Of a stretch of 64,000 nucleotides of DNA, positions 26,124 to 38,524 are shown piece by piece. Where the stretch lies: the NCBI GenBank assembly GCA_951804945.1, contig OX638153.1, positions 50,778,001-50,842,000 on the forward strand, read 5' to 3'. Within the stretch, counting starts at the first letter, position 1. Each line of letters opens with the position of its first letter. Under the pieces are notes generated by a model that did no database searches, had not been told where the DNA came from, and saw nothing but the letters and a program-made list of their open reading frames with translations. Made by a program: the position numbers and the translations under genes. Source of the DNA: Podarcis cretensis (lineage: Eukaryota).

Positions 26124-26640
26124 CCGTATTTTTTGTCCCATAGGACGCTCCGTCCCATAGGACGCACCTACTTTTTTTTGGGGGGGGGGATAAAGGAATT
26201 TTTTTCCCTTTATTTCCCCCCAAAACCAGGTTGGGGAACAGTGGGATGGCGGCGCTGCGCCTCCCCGCTGTCCCCCGAGCTTGTGGGGCTGGCCGATGTC
26301 TGTCCGGCGCGCGGGGCGCTCTGCTTCAGGGTGCCGCGCGCGCCGGGCAGCAGGCTGCTATCCGCAGTGTGGGGAGCCCTGCGGGGAACTCCTGCAGGGC
26401 TCGCCACGCTGCGGATGTCTGTCCGGCGCGGGGCGCTCTGCTTCAGGGCGCCCCACCCGCCGGGCAGCAGGCTGCTATCCACAGGGTGGGGAGCCCTGCA
26501 GGGAACTCCTGCAGGGCTCCCCACGCTGCGGATGTCTGTCCAGCGCGCGGGGCGCTCTGCTTCAGGGCGCCCCGCCCGCCGGGCGGCAGGCTGCGGACAC
26601 CTGCACGAAGCACGGGGCATCCTCCAAAGGGCTTCCAGCA
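26124..26640. mobile_element. Truncated Tc2-like element with GC-rich ~118-bp tandem repeat
   Basis: Left end TA-CCGTATTTTTTGTCCCATAGGACGC. Units gatgtctgtcc.. at about 26295, 26414 and 26531. No right TIR seen. Confidence 0.7.
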
Positions 26641-28810
26641 ATTAATTTATTACAATACATCTGTCCTCTGTTCACAACAGATTAAATTTTGAATTTTATG
26701 TTTTTAATATACACCACTCTGGGATCTCTCTGCAGATGAAGGGCGGTATATAAAACAAATTAATAATGATGACATCATCAACAACAACAGAGCCATGAGG
26801 AATAGCATCAGTAGAAAATGATTTGTAGCTTCCCGTGATTGCTGAAGGTACACCTCTTTGCCCTGGCTTTTGACACAGATGTATATTCTTAGGATCCTCC
26901 TTATTTCTGTAATTGTAAGCTGTTTTAAATATTGTGTTTTAATGTTGTCAACCAACACCAACAACCTTAATTTAGTTCTACTATTTGAAATTCCTTAAAT
27001 AGTAATAGGTCTTGAATTATATTCATGTATGCAAAAGTGTGAAACAAAGCAACATGAACAGAGCATGAAAACTGGGTTTGAAAGAAATATGGTAGAAATG
27101 AATATTTATGGGAAAATTGCTTTGGTTTGTGGTGGGGAATGGAAGGACAAATTGGTATTCAGAATGTGGGAAATTACACTGGGAAGATCTTGAAAATACA
27201 TTAATATAAATTCTGAAGGGTACCTTGGAGGGAAATAGATCAGTAGTAGTAGTAGTAGTACTAGTAGTTGTTGTTAAAATTGTACAATAGGGGTGTAGAA
27301 ATGATAAATGGGTTTGGTTGTTGCTGAAGAATTTAAGAAGCATTCTTTGGGGTCAGATCAAAGTGCTTCTCGTAAAGCCTTTGTGAGAGTTCAAACCGAA
27401 TATTCACAAAATACCTGTCTCCGTTATGATCTCCCTTGCCTCAAGGCCCAAAAGCTGCAGCAGAGCCCCAGAGAAGTATCTTTTCCCAGCAGGGAATGGG
27501 ACTATGTATCAGAATCTCCAGTGAGAAACTGATACTATACACATCATTCCTGGCAAGATGACAGCCTAAGGACACCCCGAAGTAAAAAACTGCAAACTAG
27601 AAAAAACTGCAGAACAAAAATTTCTAAATAAGGCTATGGTTATTTTTGTCTAACACCATCATTATGTTATATCACATTTTGTGGATAAACCATCTGCTAT
27701 ATCTATTATTTTCTACATATTATATTGCTACTCTAATTCAAGATGCAATTTGTTCCACTAGCCATCCTTAAATACTATGGAGATTTTTAGACAGCTTTTA
27801 TTCCTAGATTACCAAATATTGAAAGTACAATGACAGTTTGTGGTGATCATCACTACTACATTTAACAGTAATAAAAATAGCCTCAATCTGCAAAGTCAAT
27901 TAGTGTCAGATATAATTGCTGAAGCTCATTACTCCAAGTCAAGCATGACAGCTTTACAATTACAGTAGGTATTTAGTTTAAACAAATGGTGTCCCAAAAG
28001 AAAACTAGCAATAAAAAGCCGGTAGCAGAAATTGCTAGGCCGTATCTTACACTTCACCCAAATTATTTGTGGTAGGGTTTTTTTGCCTCTGAAACCTGCC
28101 ATTTTTTTTTTAGATCTTGATTGGAAATTTCAACTTCATTGATTATAATCAATTTCTGCTAATGCATACTAATATTATTTTAGAATATAAACTAATGTCC
28201 ACAAAACATTGTGAATATAACAAGCTATTTAAGTATAGTAAGGCTGCCACCTAGTGCTGGATAACACTTTCTACTGTTCTTTACTAACTAATGTTTAAAG
28301 TAAAAAATTAAATACTTTTTTACATTCAAAAATGTGGCATTAAATACACGTGATTACTTAGAAATTATATGTGTGTAAATGTATATTTGAAAGGAGCAGA
28401 ATGCATTCTCTTAAGTATAAAAAGTATCTTTGTACAACAAGGTTTACTCATTTTAATACCTTTCACAGTGGAGGAAAACGAATTTAATTACTATATAGAT
28501 ATATACATACAAATAATCTTGTAACATAATTAGGAGTGTTGTTCTCCACAGCTTGGTTTGGGGGTGCCCACGAATATTTCCACACTTGAATCAGAGTTCT
28601 CATTTGTTAATCCCAATCACTCTCCTCCACTGCCCTTTCATATAGGCAGTTACTGCAGTCACTATGTGGATACCTTGTTGTTCATCTGGTGACTAGGAAA
28701 TAGCTCCAAGACATAACCAGCCTTCTACAGCCACTAGATTTCTAGGGTGGTGGCATATCATTGAACACAGAATCACTTGCCAAAAAACAAAAAGAAAAGA
28801 AAACCCAGTA

Positions 28811-29054
28811 CAGTCATACCTCGGGTTACAGACGCTTCAAGTTGTGCTTTTTCGGGTTGCGGACCGCCAAAACCTGGAAGTACCGGAACGGGTTACTTCT
28901 GGGTTTCGGCAGTCGCGCATGTGCAGAAGTACTAAATCATGCTTTGCGCATGCGCAGATGCACCAAATCGCAACCCGCGTGTGCGCAGATGCGCCGCTGC
29001 GGGTTGCGAACGTGCATCCCGCATGGATCACATTCGCAAGCCGAGCGCCCACTG
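28811..29054. mobile_element. Tigger-like MITE, CpG-rich
   Basis: TA-CAGTCATACCTCGGGTT ... GCAAGCCGAGCGCCCACTG-TA, with imperfect TIRs. Confidence 0.75.
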
Positions 29055-30959
29055 TACTATTTTGGAGAGCTGTTACATGAAGATGACTCTGTGACAAGAT
29101 TCCTCTTCGCCATTGCTCCCAAGATGAAGAAGTAAACACTTGACATTGTGGGGAAACAGAATAAAACAATTTCTTAGTGAACAGGAGTGATTAATTTTAA
29201 GGATACTAAATACCAGTAGCTCCTCCAAAAGTGGTAAAACAAAGCAATAACAAGAGAATGAAAAGCAGTCATGAGGCCACACCACAAAACACATACAGTT
29301 CAAGGCCTTCTCCCCACAAGAATGAGTCGTGCACACACTCAGAAATATCAGGAGGAGTTTTGTCACTCACAGTATTGGCAATTTTCCAACTTGACCAGAT
29401 TTGGAATTACTGTCATAGTTTCAAGCACAGATACAAAAGGGGAGGAGCTCCAAAACTCTAGGGTTTGGTGGCACTGACTCCAGGAACAGTTCTGACACCA
29501 CCACAGGGTCTAGAGATGCAGAGCCCCTGAATGGAGCTCTTCCTCCAATCCAGTTCACGTTCGATGGTACCTCCTGGACCAGAATCGCCTGTGAAGCCAC
29601 TACCCTCATCTGCAAGGCCCTTCCAATCTTCACCTCCAACCTGGCACAAACAACACACCCAGCTAGTCAAGCTGAGCAGTTACTGAGTGCAAGATTTCAG
29701 GCATCAAGACAAGCCTTTTATAAACATTTTTATCCATCCCAGATGGGCAGAGTCAGGGGCAGTTCGTCAGTCCAGACCACATCAGGATATTGTTAGGAAC
29801 AAGTGGTCACATCAAAGCCATCTAAGGTCCTGCCACCTCTTTGCCCTTGTGGAGTTACAAGGCCATTATCAGTGAAACTAAGATACTGTCTGATAACAGC
29901 TATTCCTGAGAAATATTTAAATTTGTTCAGGGCCTATAAAAATATATGAAAGAATAGGAGGGGGTTTAATGGTATATATAAAGGGGTCATAATCTGAACT
30001 GAACGCAGGTCGACGTTTGGACGAGGACTGTATCTTCAAATCTAAAATGTCAGTTCCTGTGATAAAGCATCGTTCTTTGTAGCTCAACAGCTCTCACATT
30101 CAGGGAAGGCAAGAAATATATCTGAAGAGAATGTTATCGACACTGCTTGGAAATTGCCATCTCTTAATTTGGTTATATGTTCCATAGTTATAGAGAAAGG
30201 TGTTCAGCCTCTACACGAGTCAAGTTCACAAAATATTAGCCCATCTTTTCTGTTTCCCAAACACTAGTGGTCCAGTTTTTACTTGGCTCACTAAACAATT
30301 GTTAACTCAAACATCTTTTTTTTCTGAAAAATATAATTATTAATGATGTTGTGCTCTCACCATTTAGCTTAAATATGATTTGTTAAAACCACAATGGTGG
30401 CACCAGAGCCAACCAATTTTGCCTATCAGTTAAAAACCATCTGTTTCTACAACTTATTCACTTATACCCAGGAGCACAGATTCTGAAACCGCATGCATTG
30501 CAGATGCTGATATATGAAGTACTAATCCAAAAATTTGGATGCTTCTTTTATGATCTAGGATCCATCAACATCTATAATTTTGGCAGTTACTAAAACAAAA
30601 GAAGAATAAATACACTGTGACAAAATACTGCATTTGCAGCCTGTCTTGGCTCATAAAACTATCATTTGCATCCAGTCAGAATTCACACATGTGCCAAATC
30701 AATTTGTTCACTAGTCACTAAATATAATGTTGGCCTAAATCAAAATGGCTTGGGATATGTAATCTGAATGTATAAAACATTTTATGTATACAAATACCAG
30801 ATATTTAGTGTGCACATATAGAGATCAAAGAGTAAACCAAAACATCCAGCAATTTGTACCATCTGTATTTTCTTACTACACATTTACCAGTATTTCGACC
30901 TTGCTTTATATAGAGTTGTTTAGTCCAATGAGTGCCTAGAATACAATCCTAACTTCCAT

Positions 30960-31452
30960 TGTTGTTGCTGTTGTTTAGTCGTGTCCAACTCTTTGTGACC
31001 CCATGGACCAGAGCACGCCAGGCACTCCTGTCTTCCACTGCCTCCTGCAGTTTGGTCAAACTCATGCTAGTAACTAGTCCCCTTCTCTTTGTGCCCTCCA
31101 TCTTTCCCAACATCAGGGTCTTTTCCAGGGAGTCTTCTCTTCTCATGAGGTGGCCAAAGTATTGGAGCCTCAGCTTCAGGATCTGTCCTTCCAGGGAGCA
31201 CTCAGGGCTGATTTCCTTAAGAATGGATAGGTTTGATCTTCTTGCAGTCGAAGGGACTCTAAAGAGTCTCCTCCAACACCATAATTCAAAAGCATCAATT
31301 CTTCGGCAATCAGCCTTCTTTATGGTCCAGCTCTCACTTCCATATATCACTACTGGGAAAACCATAGCTTTAACTATACGGGCCTTTGTTGGCAAGGTGA
31401 TGTCTCTGCTTTTTAGGATGCTGTCTAGGTTTGTCATTGCTTTTCTCCCAAG
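30960..31452 (-). mobile_element. BovB (RTE clade) LINE 3' fragment
   Basis: LGRKAMTNLDSILKSRDITLPTK..FELWCWRR..YFGHLMRREDSLEKTLMLGK..HGVTKS; (CAA)n tail; about 30-bp internal deletion. Confidence 0.93.
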
Positions 31453-32447
31453 ATAACTCACATTAGTTTAATTCAAACATCAATTGTGAAAAAACATGTT
31501 GTATTCCAAATCATTATCACATCACTTATTTTTGTATTTTGTTTTTAATATTGGCAAACAATTAATTTCAGTAGACTAGAGTATATAAAAACCAGTGCAC
31601 AACAAATGTCTACTTACTGTGATAAAAAGGGTCAATTAATTTTTCAGTTAAACACTATCAGTCATGATATGAATGATTTAAGCAAGCAAGATGCATTGAA
31701 ACCAACTGCTCGGCTGCTTTTTATATGCCGACCACTGCTTTACATTTCAGGTGCCCAGTTGAGGAATTAGAAATCATAATATTCTTAATAGTATTCTTGG
31801 TATCATGAAATGTGACACACTTGGTGGGGTAGTTGGACTATTATGAGAGCTACACAAGTTTATCCTTCAAACATCTTCCAAAAACTGATTTTTAAACAGT
31901 AGCTTCAGTTTTCATAGCTTGTCATTTTCCTTTCTTAATTGTGAAATCATGGCATGACAATGACATCATTTGGTAAAAGATTCCATAATTCTATATACTA
32001 ATCGCAGATTCTTTCTGGAAGTTTCAGTTCTTATGCAACCAAAACAGCACCATCCATGCACATGAGTGTGGGATCAGTAGGTTTGAGGGAATCCCAAGGT
32101 TTGCAGAAGTAAACACTTTATGAAAACCACTCTAGAGGAGGATCCAAAAAATAGCCTAATGAAGAGTAATTGTGCTCAGGAGTCATATAAGTGTCTGAGG
32201 TGGGAGGAAAACCCAGAAAACTGGAGGCAATAAAACAAAATCTTCTGGCTGATTAGCTGGAATTCTGAATAGAAGTACTTCACACTGTAACATTTTGTTG
32301 CAGTAATATATTAGTGATGATTACCATCACAGTAAGTGCCACATTTTTAACATGTGGGGGGGAAATGTGCTGGTACTGCATACCCTTGATTACTCCCAGA
32401 AGGAAAGCATTGATTACATCAATACCTGCTACTTATACACGTCAGGC

Positions 32448-32807
32448 TAATTATGGTGCTGGAGGAGACTCTTGAGAGCCCCTTCGACTGCAAGAAAATC
32501 AAACCTATCCATTCTTAAGGAAATCAGCCCTGAGTGCTCCCTGGAAGGACAGATCCTGAAGCTGAGACTCCAATACTTTGGCCACCTCATGAGAAGAGAA
32601 GACTCCCTGGAAAAGACCCGGATGTTGGGAAAGATGGAGGGCACAAGGAGAAGGGGACGAGAGAGGACGAGATGGTTGAACAGTGTTCTCAAAGCTACTA
32701 GCATGAGTTTGACCAAACTGCAGGAGGCAGTGGAAGACAGGAGTGCCTGGCATGCTCTGGTCCATGGGGTCACAAAGAGTCAGACACGACTAAACAACAA
32801 CAACAAT
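32448..32807 (+). mobile_element. BovB LINE 3' fragment
   Basis: Same C-terminal peptide; GGGGTCACAAAGAGTCAGACACGACTAAA(CAA)n end. Confidence 0.93.
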
Positions 32808-35800
32808 TACTTACAGTTTTCTTCAATGCTGAATAATTTATTGCTTCTAATGTCTGCAGTATCTTACGTTTTCACATAATAATTACTTATCCACCTATTC
32901 TATCTACACATTTGTGCATGTATAGATTTCTCTCTCTCCCTTTCATGTGTCATTAGGAGCAATCCAGTCTCTTTACTTAGAAAAAAAGACACTCAAGATC
33001 TTGGGAGATCAGTACAATAGAAAACTCCTCCAGAGTTGTATAGCTTTGCTATGGTATCAGTATTTACCAAATCCAAACAAACAAAAAATATTCCACAAAC
33101 CATGAGTATTATGTGAAGTTGTTAGAACAGTTGAGAATCAACTCTCAATAAATGCATTCCTATCCGTTCTTCCTTTAAATTATATAAGCACCTCAAACTG
33201 CATCCATTCCCATGAGGATTTGTAACCTGAATAATCTGGTACCTGTGCAAAACACCACAAAATAAACTCCTACTTTATTTTATCATTGATCTGCTTTATT
33301 TTCTATAAAATTTATAACCCACATTTTGAAGAAGTTCCTCCAAAAAAAAAAAGCTTCTGCATGTTCACACATATGGAAGATCATGAAACTGTTGTCCTAG
33401 AAGCTACTGAGATATTTGGCAAAAGTTAAGCAAAATTGCTCAACATGATGTATACCACAAATTTCCATTGCTTTCTAAAACTGCTTTATGCATTCAAGCA
33501 GGATTTCACTTGAGATTTCACTTGAGTATTCACACCTAAACACCTGATTGGTATTTGTAATTTAATTTAGAAGATTTTTTAAGGGATGAGGATGTTTTTG
33601 TTTTTTCAAGGACCAACAGTTACTCATCAGTAAAGCAAAATTCTGTTTTCATGAGTTTAAGACAGAACTGTAGCATGTGATCAGCATAAATCTTTGTGAC
33701 ATAGCAAAATATAATTTAAAGGAAACATTGAGTGACTTTTTTGAGAAAGGGTTGTTTCAATGTCTGGACAGTTCAGCTGAAGGAAACAGATGGAGGGGGG
33801 CACAGTGTCTCCAACAGCATGCTATTATTGCTTTGTGCAGTTATAAATTTTTGCAAATATCTGGATCCAGTCATGGCTAGTCAGTGATGCTGGCAAGGAT
33901 GGATCATTGGTTCGACTTGTTCTGATTGCTTTTCCAGAAAGTACAGAACATTTGGCTGTACAAAGAAGCAATCCACGTGAACGTGAATAGGCAGAGACCA
34001 TCCAATGAAATGCAATTGACCTCCATGAAATTCCTTGTAAAACTGCGATTTTAAAACCTTTCACCAAAGCTCTGTTTCTTTCAACTTTTTAAAATCAATG
34101 TGAAAGTGAAAGGTGATTAAATTTTGGAATGTTACTAATCACATTTTAAAGCTGTCTGCATTTGCATTCATCACCATTACTTGTGGCTGCAAAGAAATAC
34201 TTCCTTTTGTTTCTCTAGAATATCTCACAAGAAGTTTTAGAAATGTATGGAATGCTTGATTAAATTAAAATGGGTGCAGACAGGGGGTAAAACCTTCTCC
34301 CTTAACTCAAACCCTCATATGAATGCTTTTAGGGTTTCATTTGGTTTCAGGGAGTTTATAATACATGTTACTATTTCCCATTTTGTGTTAAATTGCAACA
34401 TGAGTCACATGGGTGTGGGTGTGGGTCTTACTGCCAGCATGATGCTACTATAATTTCAATGAGCAGGCTAACATCATGTTCACTTTGCATTAAAGTGGAT
34501 GTTAATAGCATACTCTTCTTGATGCTAAGGAACTTTTATTGATTGCCATGCACCATGGAACTTACACCAGTATCTACATGGATTAGGCACCAATTTTCAA
34601 TTCCCTGCACCACCCATCAAAGCCACTGATCAGTAAAAGAGGTGAAGGCAATTCAAGATGAGTTAATAACACCAGAGACTGAAATCCCCCTGGTCCTAGA
34701 AATCAGTTGTTTCTAGAGAGTCATTTCTGAATCACTGCATATTATATAGAAAGGTATCATGCATTTCCTCACTCCGGGCAACTGATGGTTGACAAACTAG
34801 ACTCCTCGGTGGCTTCAGTTGGTCAGCGTGCTCAACCCCTGCTCTAGGTACTTGCTCTTTCTCCAGCAATTGCCGCCTTAACTGTGGGTGTCTGTGCTCA
34901 CTGAATGTACTGCAAAGACACATTAATGACCTCAGTACTAATCCATTAAGATCAAAGGGAGCATGTCCTTTTATTTCTATAGGACGGGGACTGCATCTCT
35001 ACAAATGTGAACAGCTTCCCACAAAGTCTAGCATTAGGGAGCAACATGGAACAATTGGATAGAATATGTTTCCTCACGTAATAAAAATTGTGTGCATGCA
35101 CATATATGACCATATGCACTTGATAAACTTCATTATAATTATATATAAATTCATGGTTCCTCTTTTTTAAATGCTCCACTGCAGAAACTCTGGACCATTA
35201 AGTGAAAATTCTGGACCATTAAATTATATGTGAATTGAAAAGTCACTCTTGATATAGAAACAAACAAACCAATTAGCCTGTCATCCTTATGCACTTTAAA
35301 GCAGAGTGAAGAGCCCCCATTAAATCAATGAAGTCCACCCTAAGGGTTCTACCATTAAGGTATCCCCCGCCCCCCAGTGAAACTCAACATGCCTTTTCTT
35401 GCTGCCAGAGTACTAACACCAAGAGAACAAAGGATCTGGTTAATGAAGCATCAAGAGGGCATATAAACTAATGCAAGAATTCGGAATTTATTCACACTAT
35501 TGGGTTAAGGTTAACAATTGGCATATGGTATCAGTGCAACACTACCAAATCTTTACATTATTTAAAAACCTGATAGAAGACAAATAGCTCTGGTTATTTA
35601 GAGGTGAAAGGCTATCTGGATATGGCACAATTTTTCTCAGGCAAAGAAGATTTATGAAACAGAGCTACTAGAAAACAATAATGAATAAGACCTTCCTTGT
35701 AGGTGTCCAGAACCCACAGTTCTGTTGGTGTCACATCTTGTTCATCACTTAAATTTGTCTACTATTATTTTTAGAGGGCAAAATAAATCTGCAGAAAACC

Positions 35801-36196
35801 AGAATATCTACAGAAAGAAAACAGATTCTGTGGCTATCACTGTTTAGACCTTATTGACATTCTCTAAACTATTTAACGCTGCTTAATTTACATACTTTAC
35901 ACAATATCTGGCTGATGCCTTGGTTTTCTTTTTAAACCTTTGTCCAAGTTTTGAATTTTATCTAGCAAGCTTAAATAAAATTAACACAAACTACATACAT
36001 CTGGCACTATTGTCATTTAATATAGCAAAACACAGAACATCTAGAAATTTAAAGCTATCTCTTACTACCTTTATAAACTCTAGGTCAGCATTAGCTTCAT
36101 TGGTAGATGTGAGCCAGTTATTATTTCCCACTTTTATTCTATTTATGCTGAGAACTATACTAATTTCACACACAGGGCAATCGCAATAACAAATAA

Positions 36197-36516
36197 GGGC
36201 TTATCCATACTTACCTTTTGCTTTGCTCTTTCCAGGCACAGGTCTACACTTAAAAGCTCCACATTTGAGTGTGCGTGGTTTTTTGTTTTGTTTTTTCCCC
36301 AGAGCTTTCCCTTTGAAAACCTACTCTTTAGTGCTCAATCAGAGCAATCATCAATTTGGGTTTTCTACAGATTGCCATTTGCTCCGATTGAACTTTAAGG
36401 AGTGTGTTTTCATGGGGAAAGCTCCAGAGCCCCCCCCCCCATGTGTTCAGACATGGAGCTTTAAAGCACAGACAGTGCCTGGGAAGAGTGGAGTAAGAGT
36501 AAGTATGGAAAAGCCC
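36197..36516. mobile_element. PIF/Harbinger-type MITE
   Basis: TIR GGGCTTATCCATACTTAC / GTAAGTATGGAAAAGCCC. 3-bp TAA TSD (36194-36196, 36517-36519). Extended imperfect palindrome. Confidence 0.8.
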
Positions 36517-36847
36517 TAAGATAAAGATTCTGCTTTTCACAAGTGTCTCTTGCCCTTCCCTAGGAATTCAGATTAGCGTACATGAGACTATCCCTCAAAA
36601 TCATCTTGCAGTATGATTAGGCTGAGGGAAACTCACTTGTCCAAGCCTCAGCTATACCAGAGACAGAATTAAACCCAGGTCTACTTAATTTCCAGATCCA
36701 TTACTCCACAGTGCCGTTGACTAATATATTACTAGATGAAATACACATCACAAATGAAATGATAACTAATGGACCTCAAGTCAGGAGTTAACATGCATAT
36801 TATTTAATGTGCAACATCAAAGGGCAATGAATTATACTAATACTTAC

Positions 36848-36900
36848 AGTAGCATGTTCCCCTGAGTGGATTACCAAGGTATCTGTTTTCAGAATCACAA
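36848..36900 (-). CDS. ATRNL1: ATRNL1 coding exon (53 nt; end of laminin-type EGF domain, (L)CDSENRYLGNPLRGTCY(Y))
   Basis: Minus strand tcttctgcag|TTGTGATTCTGAAAAC...ACATGCTACT|gtaagt. The peptide matches attractin-family CDSENRYxGNPLRGTCY. The phase-1 end joins the next exon (T+AC=Tyr). Confidence 0.93.
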
Positions 36901-37061
36901 CTGCAGAAGAGAAAAGACATAATCTGAGTATTATCAAATAACATAGCTAATTAAACATTTTTTGTATGAATGCAATATTTTGGCAATTAAACTTACATAA
37001 GAATTTATTTAATTTCCCCCAGAAAATAAAGTGTGTTTTTTGTTATTATTTATTCCATCTA

Positions 37062-37457
37062 TAGCGGCAGATGGGGCTCATCAACCTGACAAGGTAGTCA
37101 ATCTAGCAGAAGAAAAACTCTTGAGAGATACCTTCAGAAGAAGAAAAGGCTAAAGAGTAAACCCTATACAAATCTAGAGTGGAAGCCTTAAGATGGTTGG
37201 ATGGTGCCTTGTCTGCCTCCTTCCAGCAACTCCTGCAGACAAGGTGATGCCAAAAGTAGTGCTCTGCTTTCCTTTGGACCACATCAGTAAGGCTGAGAGG
37301 GGGTCTTATTTTGTCATCTGGGCAGCTCTAGGACCTCCATACACACTGCCCAGGCTTGTGCCCTGGGGAGGTCACTTTGGTGCTGCTAATGCAGTAGTTT
37401 GACTTCACCCCTGTAGGTGCACTCCATTGTCTCTCGAGACAGATGCATGCTAACAAT
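37062..37457 (+). mobile_element. Short non-autonomous RTE-derived element (5'UTR joined to 3' end)
   Basis: 37168-37390 aligns by eye with the RTE 5'UTR at 50275-50483, then continues directly into an RTE-like terminus cactccattgtctctcgagacagatgcatgc. Confidence 0.6.
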
Positions 37458-37899
37458 TCATTTATATTCTGTCTTTCCTCCAAGGAGTGGCGCTTAAGTC
37501 GACATCCTTGCTTCTCACCCCCCTCCCTTTGAGGACTCACTCACAGCAACCCTTCCCCAGTGAACAGGGCCCAAACAGAAACACTGGCCGGTGGGAAAGT
37601 CTGCCCACCAAAGTGGCTGGCTTGGGGAATCGCCCAACTGTTGGCCAACTGCCCAATGTTGCTCCCTGTGCCACGCTGCAACCACTCCCCACCCCGTTAC
37701 TGTATGGGGATTTGAACATGAGGACTCCTGCCACTAACTACTGCAGCACACTGGCTCTCGCAACATTCATCTAATAATGGTGATTTAAAAGCTATATAAG
37801 CAAATACAGTAAAGAACTACAATAGTCATCCAGGCCGTATATAACAAAACCAGAAGCTAAAAGATCCCTCTCATGTAAGAAAGAATCTAGTAACTTGTA

Positions 37900-38118
37900 C
37901 AGTGGTACCTCGGGTTACATACACTAAAGGTTACATACGCTTCAGGTTACAGACTCCGCTAACCCAGAAATATTACCTTGGGTTAATAACTTTGCTTCAG
38001 GATGAGAACAGAAATCATGCAGCAGCGGCGCAGCGGCAGCAGGAGGCCCCATTAGTGGTGCTTCAGGTTAAGAACAGACCTCCAGAACGAATTAAGTTCT
38101 TAACCCGAGGTACTACTG
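37900..38118. mobile_element. Tigger-like MITE (same family as 20726-20956, opposite orientation)
   Basis: TA-CAGTGGTACCTCGGGTTA ... TAACCCGAGGTACTACTG-TA. Confidence 0.88.
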
Positions 38119-38220
38119 TATTTCCTAATACAAAGCTGACTTTCCAGTTTAATTCACCTTCAGTACTCAAATACTGTCTTTTGACAAGAGGAGGTAAAAA
38201 TGAAGAAAACATTTCATCTT

Positions 38221-38520
38221 AGCATCTGTCCTCGGAAAACTGATGGAAAGTATTGTTGAAGATAAAATAACTAAGCATACTGAAGAACAAACCATGCTGA
38301 AGCAGAGCCACTGCAGATTTTGCAAGAGCCAGTCCTGTCTCACTATCCTATTAGAGTTCTTTGAAGCATATAGATACAGGTGATCTAGCTGACATAGCAT
38401 ACATGGACTTTAAAAAAGGCACCTCACTAAAGACTCCTGAGTCAGCTTAGCAGTCATGGAATGAGAGGAAAGGTCCTCTTGTGGATCAGGAATTGACAGC
38501 ACAAAACAGAGAGTAAGAAT
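38221..38520 (+). mobile_element. CR1 ORF2 fragment
   Basis: Degenerate SVLGKLMESIV.DKITKH.EEQ..LKQS..FCK..SCLT.LLEFFE..D.GD..DIAY.DFKK..SHG.RGKVLLWI.NW. Confidence 0.75.
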
Positions 38521-38524
38521 ATGG

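Noticed and set aside
25890-26692. Overlapping 134-251 aa ORFs
   Set aside because: They result from a stop-poor GC-rich tandem repeat inside a transposon.
29440-29880. Possible LTR/retroviral remnant (also ~58220-58700)
   Set aside because: Composition is suggestive, but I could not establish termini, TSD or coding homology by eye.
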